From NCBI GenBank assembly GCA_963816145.1, contig CAWFJP010000004.1, positions 512,001 through 576,000 on the forward strand: 64,000 bases of DNA. Direction: 5' to 3'. The DNA is from an uncultured delta proteobacterium (GTDB taxonomy: Bacteria; Desulfobacterota; Binatia; UBA9968). Numbering within the stretch: the stretch's first letter is position 1; the number at the start of each line of letters is the position of its first letter. Below, piece by piece: positions 51,634 through 60,096 of the stretch. Both the position numbers and the translations under genes were made by a program. The notes beneath the pieces are model-generated. The model did not search any database and was not told the DNA's origin. It saw nothing but the letters and a program-made list of their open reading frames with translations.

Positions 51634-51791
51634 GGCGATTTCCGTATAGGAACCGGTCCGGTCTGTCAATCAATCGGTTGGTTCGTTGAATGTCTATTGC
51701 CCGCGTGCTACTTAGCCGATGAGTCTGGTGAGGGGGAACGGCAATCCAAAATCGAAAATCGAAAATCCAAAATGGTCGAGGCGATGCCATA

Positions 51792-52496
51792 TTGGTGAAA
51801 AATGTTGCCTTGTCCTGCCGCATCCTCGCCAAGCTCGGCCAATTCAAAGAGACCACCGGCCATGTCAGCGCGCGCAGCGCGAGCGGCGCGAGCATGCTGA
51901 TCCGCGGCCGCGGCAAGGAAGAGTCGGGACTGCTGTTCACCAAACCGAGCGATGTTGTCGCAGCTGACTTTGACGGCCGGATGCTGCGCGACAAAGCCGG
52001 CCTCAAGACGCCCAACGAGTCGTGCATTCACGGCGAGCTCTACCGGGCTCGGCCCGATGTAGGTGCCATTGTGCACGCCCATCCGCCGTCGCTGGTGTTG
52101 ACGAGCATGGCCGGCATCGAGCTCAAGCCGGCGTTCGGCGGCTTCGACCCGCGCGCCATGCGCTTGGCGTTGCGGCCGATTCCCGTCTTCGAGAGCAGCT
52201 TGACGCTGCACACCAAGGAACAAGTTCACGCCATGATGGATGTCATGGGCGACAACGATATTTGCATCATGCGCGGCCACGGTGTGGTGGTGTGCGGCAA
52301 GTCCGTGGAGGACGCGACCATCAAGGCGATCAAGCTCGATGCGCTGGCCGAGATGAATTTAGAGCTGGCGCGACTGGGCAAGAGCGCGACGATATCCGAA
52401 GCCGACATCGCGGCGTTTCAAAATCGCACGGGTAAAGGTGACGGATCGGTGCAGCCGGTGTGGCGGTATTACGTCGAGTGGTTGAAAAGCAGTTAA
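51792..52496 (+). CDS. Class II aldolase/adducin family protein (start uncertain)
   Basis: GHVSAR, E..IH..LY.ARPDVGAIVHAH and MRGHG motifs. Confidence 0.9.
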   Translation: MVKNVALSCRILAKLGQFKETTGHVSARSASGASMLIRGRGKEESGLLFTKPSDVVAADFDGRMLRDKAGLKTPNESCIHGELYRARPDVGAIVHAHPPSLVLTSMAGIELKPAFGGFDPRAMRLALRPIPVFESSLTLHTKEQVHAMMDVMGDNDICIMRGHGVVVCGKSVEDATIKAIKLDALAEMNLELARLGKSATISEADIAAFQNRTGKGDGSVQPVWRYYVEWLKSS

Positions 52497-52640
52497 GGTT
52501 CCAAAGGTTCCAGTCGTTCCAGAAGTTCCAGTGGTTTTGACCTTGGTTCAAGATTTATTTTGTAGGGGCGACCGGCGGTCGCCCTCCGGAGGCCGACAAT
52601 CGAAAATCCAAAAGCAGCCCCGCAGACCAAAATCCAAAAT

Positions 52641-53351
52641 TTGAAGCGCCGTTTGGTCGAAGGTATTCAGGTAATCACCGGCGAAGGCGTGCTCACCGGC
52701 TCGGGTCACTTGAGCGCGCGCATCCCCGGCACCGATACGTTCCTGATCAATCCGCGCTTTGCCGGCGTGCTCGCCGATCCGAAGGATATTTGCACGGTGA
52801 CGTTCGACGGCAAGCGGATCGCCGGCAAAGGGCCGATCCCTTCGGAGTCGCCGATTCACGCCGCGGTTTATCGGGCGCGGCCGGATGTCGGCAGCGTGAT
52901 ACATTGCCACGCGCGCTATTCGATCCTCGTCGGTTTGCTGGACCGGGGTTTGGTGCCGTTCAACCGTGAAGCGCGGATTTTTGCCGACGGCGTGCCGGTG
53001 TTTCACGATAGCCGCGGTATCAACGACTTCGCGCTGGCCGAGCGTATGGTCGACAATCTCGGGCCGCACTGGGCGACGTTTCTACGCGGCCATGGTATCG
53101 TCGTGGCGGGTCCGGGGATCGAAGGTGTCTGTATCTCGGCGATCCAGCTCGAACGGGCCTGCCAGGATCAACTGTTGATGATGAGCATTACCGAGGTGAA
53201 ACCGATGACCGACGCCGGGCGCGGCCGCAATTCGGCGCGCTTGGAAAATCCCTACCGAGCTTGGCCGTTCCTTCTATGGAAACACAAGGTGAAGTCGAAG
53301 ACGCAGATTCGCGCGGGCATTCGGACATTGAAAGAAGGCGAGCATTATTAA
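52641..53351 (+). CDS. Class II aldolase/adducin family protein (start uncertain)
   Basis: GHLSAR, ESPIH..VYRARPDVGSVIHCH and LRGHG motifs. Confidence 0.9.
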   Translation: MKRRLVEGIQVITGEGVLTGSGHLSARIPGTDTFLINPRFAGVLADPKDICTVTFDGKRIAGKGPIPSESPIHAAVYRARPDVGSVIHCHARYSILVGLLDRGLVPFNREARIFADGVPVFHDSRGINDFALAERMVDNLGPHWATFLRGHGIVVAGPGIEGVCISAIQLERACQDQLLMMSITEVKPMTDAGRGRNSARLENPYRAWPFLLWKHKVKSKTQIRAGIRTLKEGEHY

Positions 53352-53405
53352 TGGCACAGCTTGATAGGATGAGTTTACCGCTGCGTCCGGTGCACACTTT
53401 CCGAT

Positions 53406-53506
53406 TCCTTCCCCCTCGACGGGGGAAGGTTAGGATGGGGGTGCTGCGCACGCCGTATAGATTGATTGGCACCCCCACCTCTGTCCTCCCCCATCGAGGG
53501 GGAGGA
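53406..53506. repeat. Uninterrupted CCCCC..GGGGG double-hairpin element (empty-site reference)
   Basis: TTCCCCCTCGACGGGGGAAGGTTAGGATGGGGGTG ... CACCCCCACCTCTGTCCTCCCCCATCGAGGGGGAGG. Confidence 0.88.
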
Positions 53507-53533
53507 TGTTGGATGGGCCGGAATTTTCAGCTA

Positions 53534-54547
53534 ATGCACCGAGCAGTAATTGCGCTGGCATTATTCTTCTATTCATTGGCATATTCGCCCTTCACGCTTT
53601 CCGCCCAGGACAAGAAGCTCGACTCTTTCACCATCTCCTACGCGTCGGTTTCCGGCACGCGGGCGCCGTTGTGGATCGCCAAGGATTTAGGGCTGTTCGA
53701 GAAATATGGACTCGACGGCAATCTGGTTTACATCGCCTCGGGCGTGACTTCGGTCAACGCGCTGCTCGGCGGCAGCGTCGATATTATCGCGGCGTCCGGC
53801 TCCTCAGCCGTCGGCGCGGCGGCGCGCGGCGCGCCGCTGGTGATCATCGCTAGCTTGGGTCATATCGCCTATAAACTGATCGCCCATCCGTCGATCACTT
53901 CGGTCCAAGGACTGCGCGGCAAGATTATCGGCTCGAGCCGCATCGGCGCAGGGACCGATTTCGCATTGCAACGGTTGCTGCCCAAATTGGGCCTCACGCC
54001 GGGAAAAGATGTCACGCTGCTGCCCACCGGCATCAGCGAATCGGACCGCCGCCTGTTGATGCTGGTGCAGGGTAGGATCGATGCGACGCTCGGCACCGAG
54101 GACAATCTTCTGCAGCTCGCCGCGCGCGGCATGAACTTCAACGTCCTTGCCGATGTCTATGAAGCCGGTGTGTACACCACCGGCAGCGATATCGCCACCA
54201 GCCGCGCGCTGCTCAAACAGAAACCGCGCCAGCTCAAAGCGTTTCTCATGGCGATCACCGAAGGCACCTACATCGGCCGCACCCAAAAAGAAGTGGCGCT
54301 GCGGATCTATCGAAAGTATCTGAAGATCGAAGACCCGAAGATGCTCGACTCGATGCATAAAAATTATTTACTCGGCTCGATTCCGGCGCGGCCGTTTCCC
54401 AAGGAAGAGGCGATCCAGAACGACATCGAAGACCTGAGCAGCAGCTACCCGCATCTGAAGGGCCGGCGGGCGGCGGAGTTCCTCGATATCTCCTTGCTCA
54501 AGAGCATGGAGGACGAGGGGTTTTTCAAAAAACTTTACGGTAAATAA
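53534..54547 (+). CDS. NMT1/SsuA-type substrate-binding protein
   Basis: Signal peptide, PLWIAKDLGLFEKYG and LRGKIIG motifs. Confidence 0.9.
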   Translation: MHRAVIALALFFYSLAYSPFTLSAQDKKLDSFTISYASVSGTRAPLWIAKDLGLFEKYGLDGNLVYIASGVTSVNALLGGSVDIIAASGSSAVGAAARGAPLVIIASLGHIAYKLIAHPSITSVQGLRGKIIGSSRIGAGTDFALQRLLPKLGLTPGKDVTLLPTGISESDRRLLMLVQGRIDATLGTEDNLLQLAARGMNFNVLADVYEAGVYTTGSDIATSRALLKQKPRQLKAFLMAITEGTYIGRTQKEVALRIYRKYLKIEDPKMLDSMHKNYLLGSIPARPFPKEEAIQNDIEDLSSSYPHLKGRRAAEFLDISLLKSMEDEGFFKKLYGK

Positions 54548-54572
54548 CGGTTGTCCCGTCGAACGACCCGCT

Positions 54573-54986
54573 TTGAAACAAACCAAACCGCGCTTACTTC
54601 AATACGAACTTCCCGGTGGATGGACCGTGCTCGCGGGCGCCACCGACGCGGACAACGATTATCTGAGCACCGAACTGGCGGAACCCAATGACTGGTGGTT
54701 TCACGCCGACAGCGTGCCGGGCAGCCATGTGATCCTGCGCGCCAAACCGGATGCCGAGCCGAGCCGGGAAACGCTGCGCCAGGCGGCGTCGGTGGCGTTG
54801 TACCACAGCAAGGCGCGCAATGCCGGGCTCGCTCCCGTGCACTGCACTCAGGCGCGCAACGTCAAGAAGCCGCGCGGTGTCAAAACCGGCACCGTCCAGG
54901 TATCCAAAGGTACAGTACTCAAAGTGCGCCCCGATATCAGTTTCGCCGTGCGCGTCAGCGGCGCGCCGAAGCCGGCTGCTGAGTAG
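54573..54986 (+). CDS. Stand-alone NFACT RNA-binding domain protein (DUF814)
   Basis: G..DADND.L, DWWFHA..VPGSHV and AA..A.YHSKAR motifs. Confidence 0.87.
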   Translation: MKQTKPRLLQYELPGGWTVLAGATDADNDYLSTELAEPNDWWFHADSVPGSHVILRAKPDAEPSRETLRQAASVALYHSKARNAGLAPVHCTQARNVKKPRGVKTGTVQVSKGTVLKVRPDISFAVRVSGAPKPAAE

Positions 54987-55001
54987 GGACTACGAGCTTC
55001 T

Positions 55002-55929
55002 ATGCAAAAACTCACTTTGGCCTACCGGGATGACGATCGCACCCCGGTGATCTTCGCCATTCGCGAGATGGCCCGGCGCCATTACGGTCTCATGGTGAAG
55101 ATCGTCCGCATCAAGGGTGGCGACGCCTACGAAGCGGCGCTTTTCAACGGTGCCGCGGATATCATCATCGAACATCTCGAATATCTTTACGACGAAGCGG
55201 TCAAGGGCAAGAAGGTGCTGATTTTCTGCGCGCCGAGCAAAGGCGGCGGGCTCGATCTGGTGGTGCGGCCAGAGGTTCGGAGTGTGGAAGAGTTGCGCGG
55301 TCAGACCATGGCCGTCCGTTCCCATGGCCAACCGCACGCGGTGACGTTGTGGCTGCGCATGCTGGGATTGGAAAAAGATGTCGCCACCTTGATCGTCCAC
55401 GACAAGGATGTCGGCCGCTGGGGCCAGTGGAAGAAAGTCGTCAGCGGCGAGTGCGTTGCCACCTTCATGTCGCCTTTGTACTTGCCCGAAGCATTGAATG
55501 CCGGGTTGAAAAGTCCTTGAGGTTCCCGACATTCCCATCGTCGGCCAATTCGCCCAGGCTTGCCTGGCCGAATTCGGCCGAAAGAATGACGCCGTGATGC
55601 GCGCCTATGTGCAGTCGGTCCTGCACGCGTTGGTTTGGCTGACCCATCGTCCCGGAGAAGCCCTGGCTACGCTGGCGCCAGAGCTGAAAGCCTGCATGGA
55701 AATCGCCGATGACAGCGAGCTCAAACGCCGCTTCGATGCGGTAGTCACCGGCTTAAAAATCCGTCCCTATCCGACGCTGCAAGCGATCGCCAACACCTAC
55801 GAGATTGCCGTCATGGAGTACCCCGACGCGAAAGGGTTGAATCCGCTGTCGCTGTGGGATTTGCATTGGGTGAAGGATCTCGATGATGGCGGTTTTATCG
55901 ATGGACTAGTTCGGCAGCTGTCGGCGTAA
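55002..55929 (+). CDS. NMT1/SsuA-fold protein lacking a signal peptide (frameshift near 55515)
   Basis: ORFs 55002 and 55594 join; ends PYPT..AIAN.Y...PLSLWDLHW..LDDGGFID like 25842. Confidence 0.78.
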
Positions 55930-55944
55930 TCCGAGTCCCAATTC

Positions 55945-56026
55945 CGTCATTCCGGTGAAAACCGGAATCCAGGTTCGTTTTCCGTTCAAAGGCAAAGACT
56001 GGACACCGGCTTTCGCCGGTGTGACG
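55945..56026. repeat. CGTC-REP inverted doublet upstream of the GIY-YIG gene
   Basis: CGTCATTCCGGTGAAAACCGGAATCCAG ... CTGGACACCGGCTTTCGCCGGTGTGACG. Confidence 0.9.
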
Positions 56027-56116
56027 ATGGGATGCGGGACTCTGGGATTTTTTCTTACACTGCCGGGATTTGTCAATTCCCTCGGATCGAAATAGTATGG
56101 CTACGGTGTTCGACCA

Positions 56117-56400
56117 GTGAAGCAACCCTGCGTTTACATTTTGGCAAGTAGACGCAATGGAACTTTGTATGCGGGTGTGACATCCGATTTGATGCAGCGG
56201 ATTTGGCAGCACAGGAACGACCAGGTTGAAGGATTTACGAAGCGCTACGGTGCACAAATTAGTCTGGTATGAAATCTGCGGTCAATGGAGTTGCAATTGC
56301 GCGCGAAAAAGCGATCAAGGAATGGAAACGGACTTGGAAGATCGAGCTGATTGAAAAAGCAAATCCCGAGTGGCGCGACTTGTATGCTGAACTGCTTTGA
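56117..56400 (+). pseudogene. Small GIY-YIG nuclease (YhbQ/UPF0213-like), frameshifted (not in ORF track)
   Basis: MKQPCVYILASRRNGTLYAGVTSDLMQRIWQHRNDQVEGFTKRYG / HKLVWYE / AIAREKAIKEWKRTWKIELIEKANPEWRDLYAELL*, with small deletions at about 56250-56295. Confidence 0.88.
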
Positions 56401-56401
56401 G

Positions 56402-56589
56402 TGGACACCGGCTTTCGCCGGTGTGACGAAGAAGGGACCGATGTTAGGTGTCGGGGTGCTGAATGTCAGGATGCCGACGCAGCTAGGCCACACCGTCCGT
56501 CATTCCGGCGCAGGCCGGAATCCAGGTTGGGTGCGGGGGCGTGGCGAATTAGACGCAGAAGATGGACACCGGCTTCCGCCGGTGTGACG
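56402..56589. repeat. Three CGTC-REP units downstream of the GIY-YIG gene
   Basis: TGGACACCGGCTTTCGCCGGTGTGACG directly after the stop; doublet at 56498-56589. Confidence 0.9.
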
Positions 56590-56625
56590 ATGTGATTGTG
56601 TGATTCTGTCGAGAGGTGGACTTTT

Positions 56626-57891
56626 ATGATTGCCGCTGAAGAAAACCAGCTTTTAACCCAAACCGATCGCGGAACTCCATGCGGCGAATTGATGCGGCGA
56701 TACTGGCAGCCGGTGGCGTTGAGCGAAGAGCTGCCTGCCGGCGGCGCGCCGCTCAAAGTGAAGATCCTCGGCGAAGAGCTGGCGTTGTTCCGCGACGATC
56801 AGGGGCGGCCCGGTTTGATCGGCCTGCACTGCTCGCACCGCGGCACCGACTTGAGCTATGGCCGGGTCGAGGACGGCGGGCTGCGCTGCCTCTATCATGG
56901 CTGGCTCTACGATATTTGCGGCCGGGTGATCGATCAACCGGGCGAGCCCGGCGGCGGCGCCAACAAGGCGGCGATTCGGCATCCGGCTTATCCCTGTCAG
57001 GAAGTCGGCGGAATCATTCTCGCCTACATGGGACCGGGCGAGCCGCCGCTCGTGCCCAATTATGAATTCCTCAAAGTCGCGCCGGAATATCGCACGGTGG
57101 TCAAAGTGATGTACGAGTGCAACTATTTGCAGGGCAACGAAGGCAACATCGATCCGGTGCACTTATCGTTCCTGCATCAAATTTTAGATGAGGCGCAGAT
57201 CGCCCGCCGGCGCGTCGTCCAAGCCGTCAACGCGTCGGATAATACGTTGCTCGCCAAAGACGTGGCGCCGACCATCGAGGTCGCGGTGATGAACTTCGGT
57301 CTGCGAATTTCTACCCTGCGCGATGCCAGCGCCGACAAGCGCTATCTGCGCACGACCAATTTTATCATGCCCAATCTGGCGGCCTTTGGCGGCTCGACGG
57401 TGGGCGAGGGCTATGCGGTGCACTGGCATGTGCCGATCGACGATCACCATCACTGGAAATATATCTTTGCCTTTAGCCGCAGCGGTCCTTTGGATGAGTT
57501 CTTGCGCACGCGCAGCCGCGCTGAATTGACCGCCGATTACCGCCTGACCAAAAATGCCGCGAACCGTTACCAACAGGACCGCGCGTCGATGCAGACTCAG
57601 ACTTTCACCGGCCTGGGCACCAACTTTCAAGTGCACGACGCCTTCGCCACCGAGAGCCAGGGACCGGTGCAGAATCGCACGGAAGAAAATCTTGTCTCGT
57701 CGGACAAAGCGATCGTGGCGGCGCGCAAACTGATCTTGAACGGCATCAAAGACGTGCGGGAAGGCCGCGATCCGCAGCATGTGGTACGCGATCCCAAAGC
57801 CAATGCTTTTCCCAACTTGGTGGTAATCTCCGATGTGATCGCGAAATCGATGGATTGGAAAGAGTACACGCGGAGCAGGGAAGTTAAATAG
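56626..57891 (+). CDS. Rieske oxygenase alpha subunit (Pht3/OphA2-like)
   Basis: CSHRG..CLYHGW and EGNIDPVHLSFLH motifs. Confidence 0.93.
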   Translation: MIAAEENQLLTQTDRGTPCGELMRRYWQPVALSEELPAGGAPLKVKILGEELALFRDDQGRPGLIGLHCSHRGTDLSYGRVEDGGLRCLYHGWLYDICGRVIDQPGEPGGGANKAAIRHPAYPCQEVGGIILAYMGPGEPPLVPNYEFLKVAPEYRTVVKVMYECNYLQGNEGNIDPVHLSFLHQILDEAQIARRRVVQAVNASDNTLLAKDVAPTIEVAVMNFGLRISTLRDASADKRYLRTTNFIMPNLAAFGGSTVGEGYAVHWHVPIDDHHHWKYIFAFSRSGPLDEFLRTRSRAELTADYRLTKNAANRYQQDRASMQTQTFTGLGTNFQVHDAFATESQGPVQNRTEENLVSSDKAIVAARKLILNGIKDVREGRDPQHVVRDPKANAFPNLVVISDVIAKSMDWKEYTRSREVK

Positions 57892-57946
57892 CCACGCCCC
57901 TCGGTCGTGGCTCAGTAGCATAGTAATCCTGGGGGTGTGCGTTCAA

Positions 57947-58015
57947 GAGATTTCTCGCTGCGCTCGAAATGACAGATGTGAGTCTCTGTCATCCCGAACG
58001 AAGAGAGGGATCTCG
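57947..58015. repeat. Free-standing TGTC-REP pair (opposite relative orientation to the MITE-borne pairs)
   Basis: AGATTTCTCGCTGCGCTCGAAATGACA ... TGTCATCCCGAACGAAGAGAGGGATCTC. Confidence 0.8.
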
Positions 58016-58062
58016 CCGCAATGAACCAGCGATGGCTGATACGAACTGAACGGGGAGCCGAT

Positions 58063-59038
58063 ATGCCAAGGAAACTCTTTATCTTGATTTGCTTGCTGAT
58101 CCTGCCCTCAGCGGCGGTGGCCCAGGAACACTATTTCATTGCCTATGCCGGTTTCGCCGGTTTTCAGTCGCCACTATGGGCGACCAAGGAACTCGGTCTG
58201 CTTGACCAAATACGGCATCAATGCCGACTTGATTTTGACGCCCGGTTCGACGCGGCAGATTCAGGCCATGCTCGGCAATAGCGTGCATTTCGCCCAAGTC
58301 GATGCTGTGACGACGATCAACGCCATCGCCCAAGGCGCCGACCTGGTGATGATCTCCGGTTCGCTCAATACGTTTCCGTTCAGCTTCGTCGCCCAGAAAG
58401 AGATTCGCAAGCCTGAGGATCTCGCCGGCAAGAAAGTCGGCATCGTCGGATTCGGCGGCGCCAACGAGCTGGCGGTGCTGTTGGCACTCAAAGAATGGAA
58501 CATGGCGCGCCAGTCGGTGACGATCCTGCAAGCCGGCGGCGCGCCGCAGCGCTATTTGGCGCTTATGACCAAAGCGCTCGACGCCACGGTATTGGCCCAG
58601 CCCGAAATCGGCGAAGCCCAGCGCATGGGCATGAGCGTGCTGGCGCATATGCGCGATATGAAAACCGCGGCATTCCCGATGAACGCCATGGTGGTACGCC
58701 GGTCATTCCTCCAGCGGAATCGCGAGTTGGTGAAGCGTTACCAGCAGGCCTACGCCGAGGCGACCTATCAGATGATCCATAACAAGGAGAGAGCGACCGC
58801 GGTGCTGACCAAGTGGCTGCAGCAGAAAAATCCCAAAGCGATCGAAGAGACCTATCAGTACGTCGCCACCAGCTTCGCTTTTCCCACGCGCATCTCGCCG
58901 CAAGGCATCCGCAACACCTTGGACATGGTGGCGGAGAAAAATCCCAAGATCGATCGGAACATCGCGAAGTATGTCGATGAAAGCACCCTCGATGAACTCG
59001 AAAAAGAGGGATTCTTCAAGCGCATCACTGGGAAGTGA
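58063..59038 (+). CDS. NMT1/SsuA-type substrate-binding protein (frameshift near 58200)
   Basis: Signal peptide, SPLWATKELGL and DLAGKKVG motifs. Confidence 0.85.
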
Positions 59039-59043
59039 TGCGC

Positions 59044-59161
59044 GTTCCAACTGTTCCAGCCGTTCCAATGGTTCCAACTGTTTGGGCCCATGCGACGCGG
59101 GCGAACTGACGATTGGAACTTGAACTGAGCGAAGCGGTTGAACGACTTGAACGTTTTGAAC
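59044..59161. repeat. Inverted pair of 9-mer arrays
   Basis: GTTCCAACTGTTCCAGCCGTTCCAATGGTTCCAAC ... TTGAACGACTTGAACGTTTTGAAC. Confidence 0.8.
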
Positions 59162-59191
59162 AAACCGACCGCAGGGAGGTTTGTGAGGTTT

Positions 59192-60016
59192 ATGCTTACG
59201 AGAATCCAACACTTTGCCATCGTCAGCGAAAACTTCGTCCGTGAAGCCAAGTTCTTCGAGACCGCTTTCGGCATGAAGCGGTCGAAGCCGGGGTCGGAAG
59301 AAGAGCAGAAGGCGATCCGAACCAACTACGCCGTCAGCATCGGCGACGGCTACGTCGGCGTCACCATGATCGGCCGCAAGCCCGGTTACGTGCCCGGGCT
59401 GCATCATTTCGGCGTCGACGTGGACGACGTCGAAGAGGCGATCCGGCGCATCAAGAAGAAATATCCCCAGGTCGCCGTGCTGAAGCGGCCGTCGAACCGG
59501 CCGTTCGCCACCTACGGCGCCCATGACCCGGAGGGCAATTACTTCGATCTGACGCAGGAGGGCATGGCGAACCGCCGCGATGTCTATGTTGAGCAACAAC
59601 GCGAAGCGCCGCGCCGCATTCACCATCTCAAACTGCGGGTCATGAACGCGCCGATGATCGCCGAGTTTTTCCGCGATAGCTTCGATCTCAAAGAAGCCGA
59701 GAAAGCCTTGGAAGATCCCAACTTCTATCTCACCGACGGCAGAATGACGCTCATCATCGCACCGTGGAAAATGTCGGACTTCGAGGGCGCCGGCATCGAC
59801 CGTCCCGGCCTCGAGCATGTCGGCTTTCAAGTCGAAAACGTCGAAACGGTAAAAAAAGAATTAATCGCCCTGCGCGACCAAGACCCCGACATGCGCGAGC
59901 GCATCATCGCCGAGCGCAGCGAAGGCGAGCGGCGTGAAGCGCTGATCGCCGGATGCCGCTACTGCAAGCACGTGACCTCGAGCCCGGACGGGGTGTTCGT
60001 GGATATCTGCCAATGA
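59192..60016 (+). CDS. Two-domain VOC/glyoxalase-family protein
   Basis: IQHFAI, GLHHFGVDV, DPEGNYFDL and GLEHVGFQV motifs. Confidence 0.88.
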   Translation: MLTRIQHFAIVSENFVREAKFFETAFGMKRSKPGSEEEQKAIRTNYAVSIGDGYVGVTMIGRKPGYVPGLHHFGVDVDDVEEAIRRIKKKYPQVAVLKRPSNRPFATYGAHDPEGNYFDLTQEGMANRRDVYVEQQREAPRRIHHLKLRVMNAPMIAEFFRDSFDLKEAEKALEDPNFYLTDGRMTLIIAPWKMSDFEGAGIDRPGLEHVGFQVENVETVKKELIALRDQDPDMRERIIAERSEGERREALIAGCRYCKHVTSSPDGVFVDICQ

Positions 60017-60096
60017 CGCGACACCGATTTTTCAACATGCAAGAGGTCTCGGAATACCAGAACTAACACCTGACCTAGCGGTACTGGAGAATACTC

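Noticed and set aside
53261-53533. Long N-terminal extensions in the ORF track (also 10093, 11428, 13928, 28017, 33462)
   Set aside because: They run through upstream repeats or neighbouring genes; downstream starts fit the RBS, signal peptide and family length better.
55945-56589. Palindromic 28-bp units as CRISPR repeats
   Set aside because: They alternate in orientation with irregular spacing, which is REP organisation.
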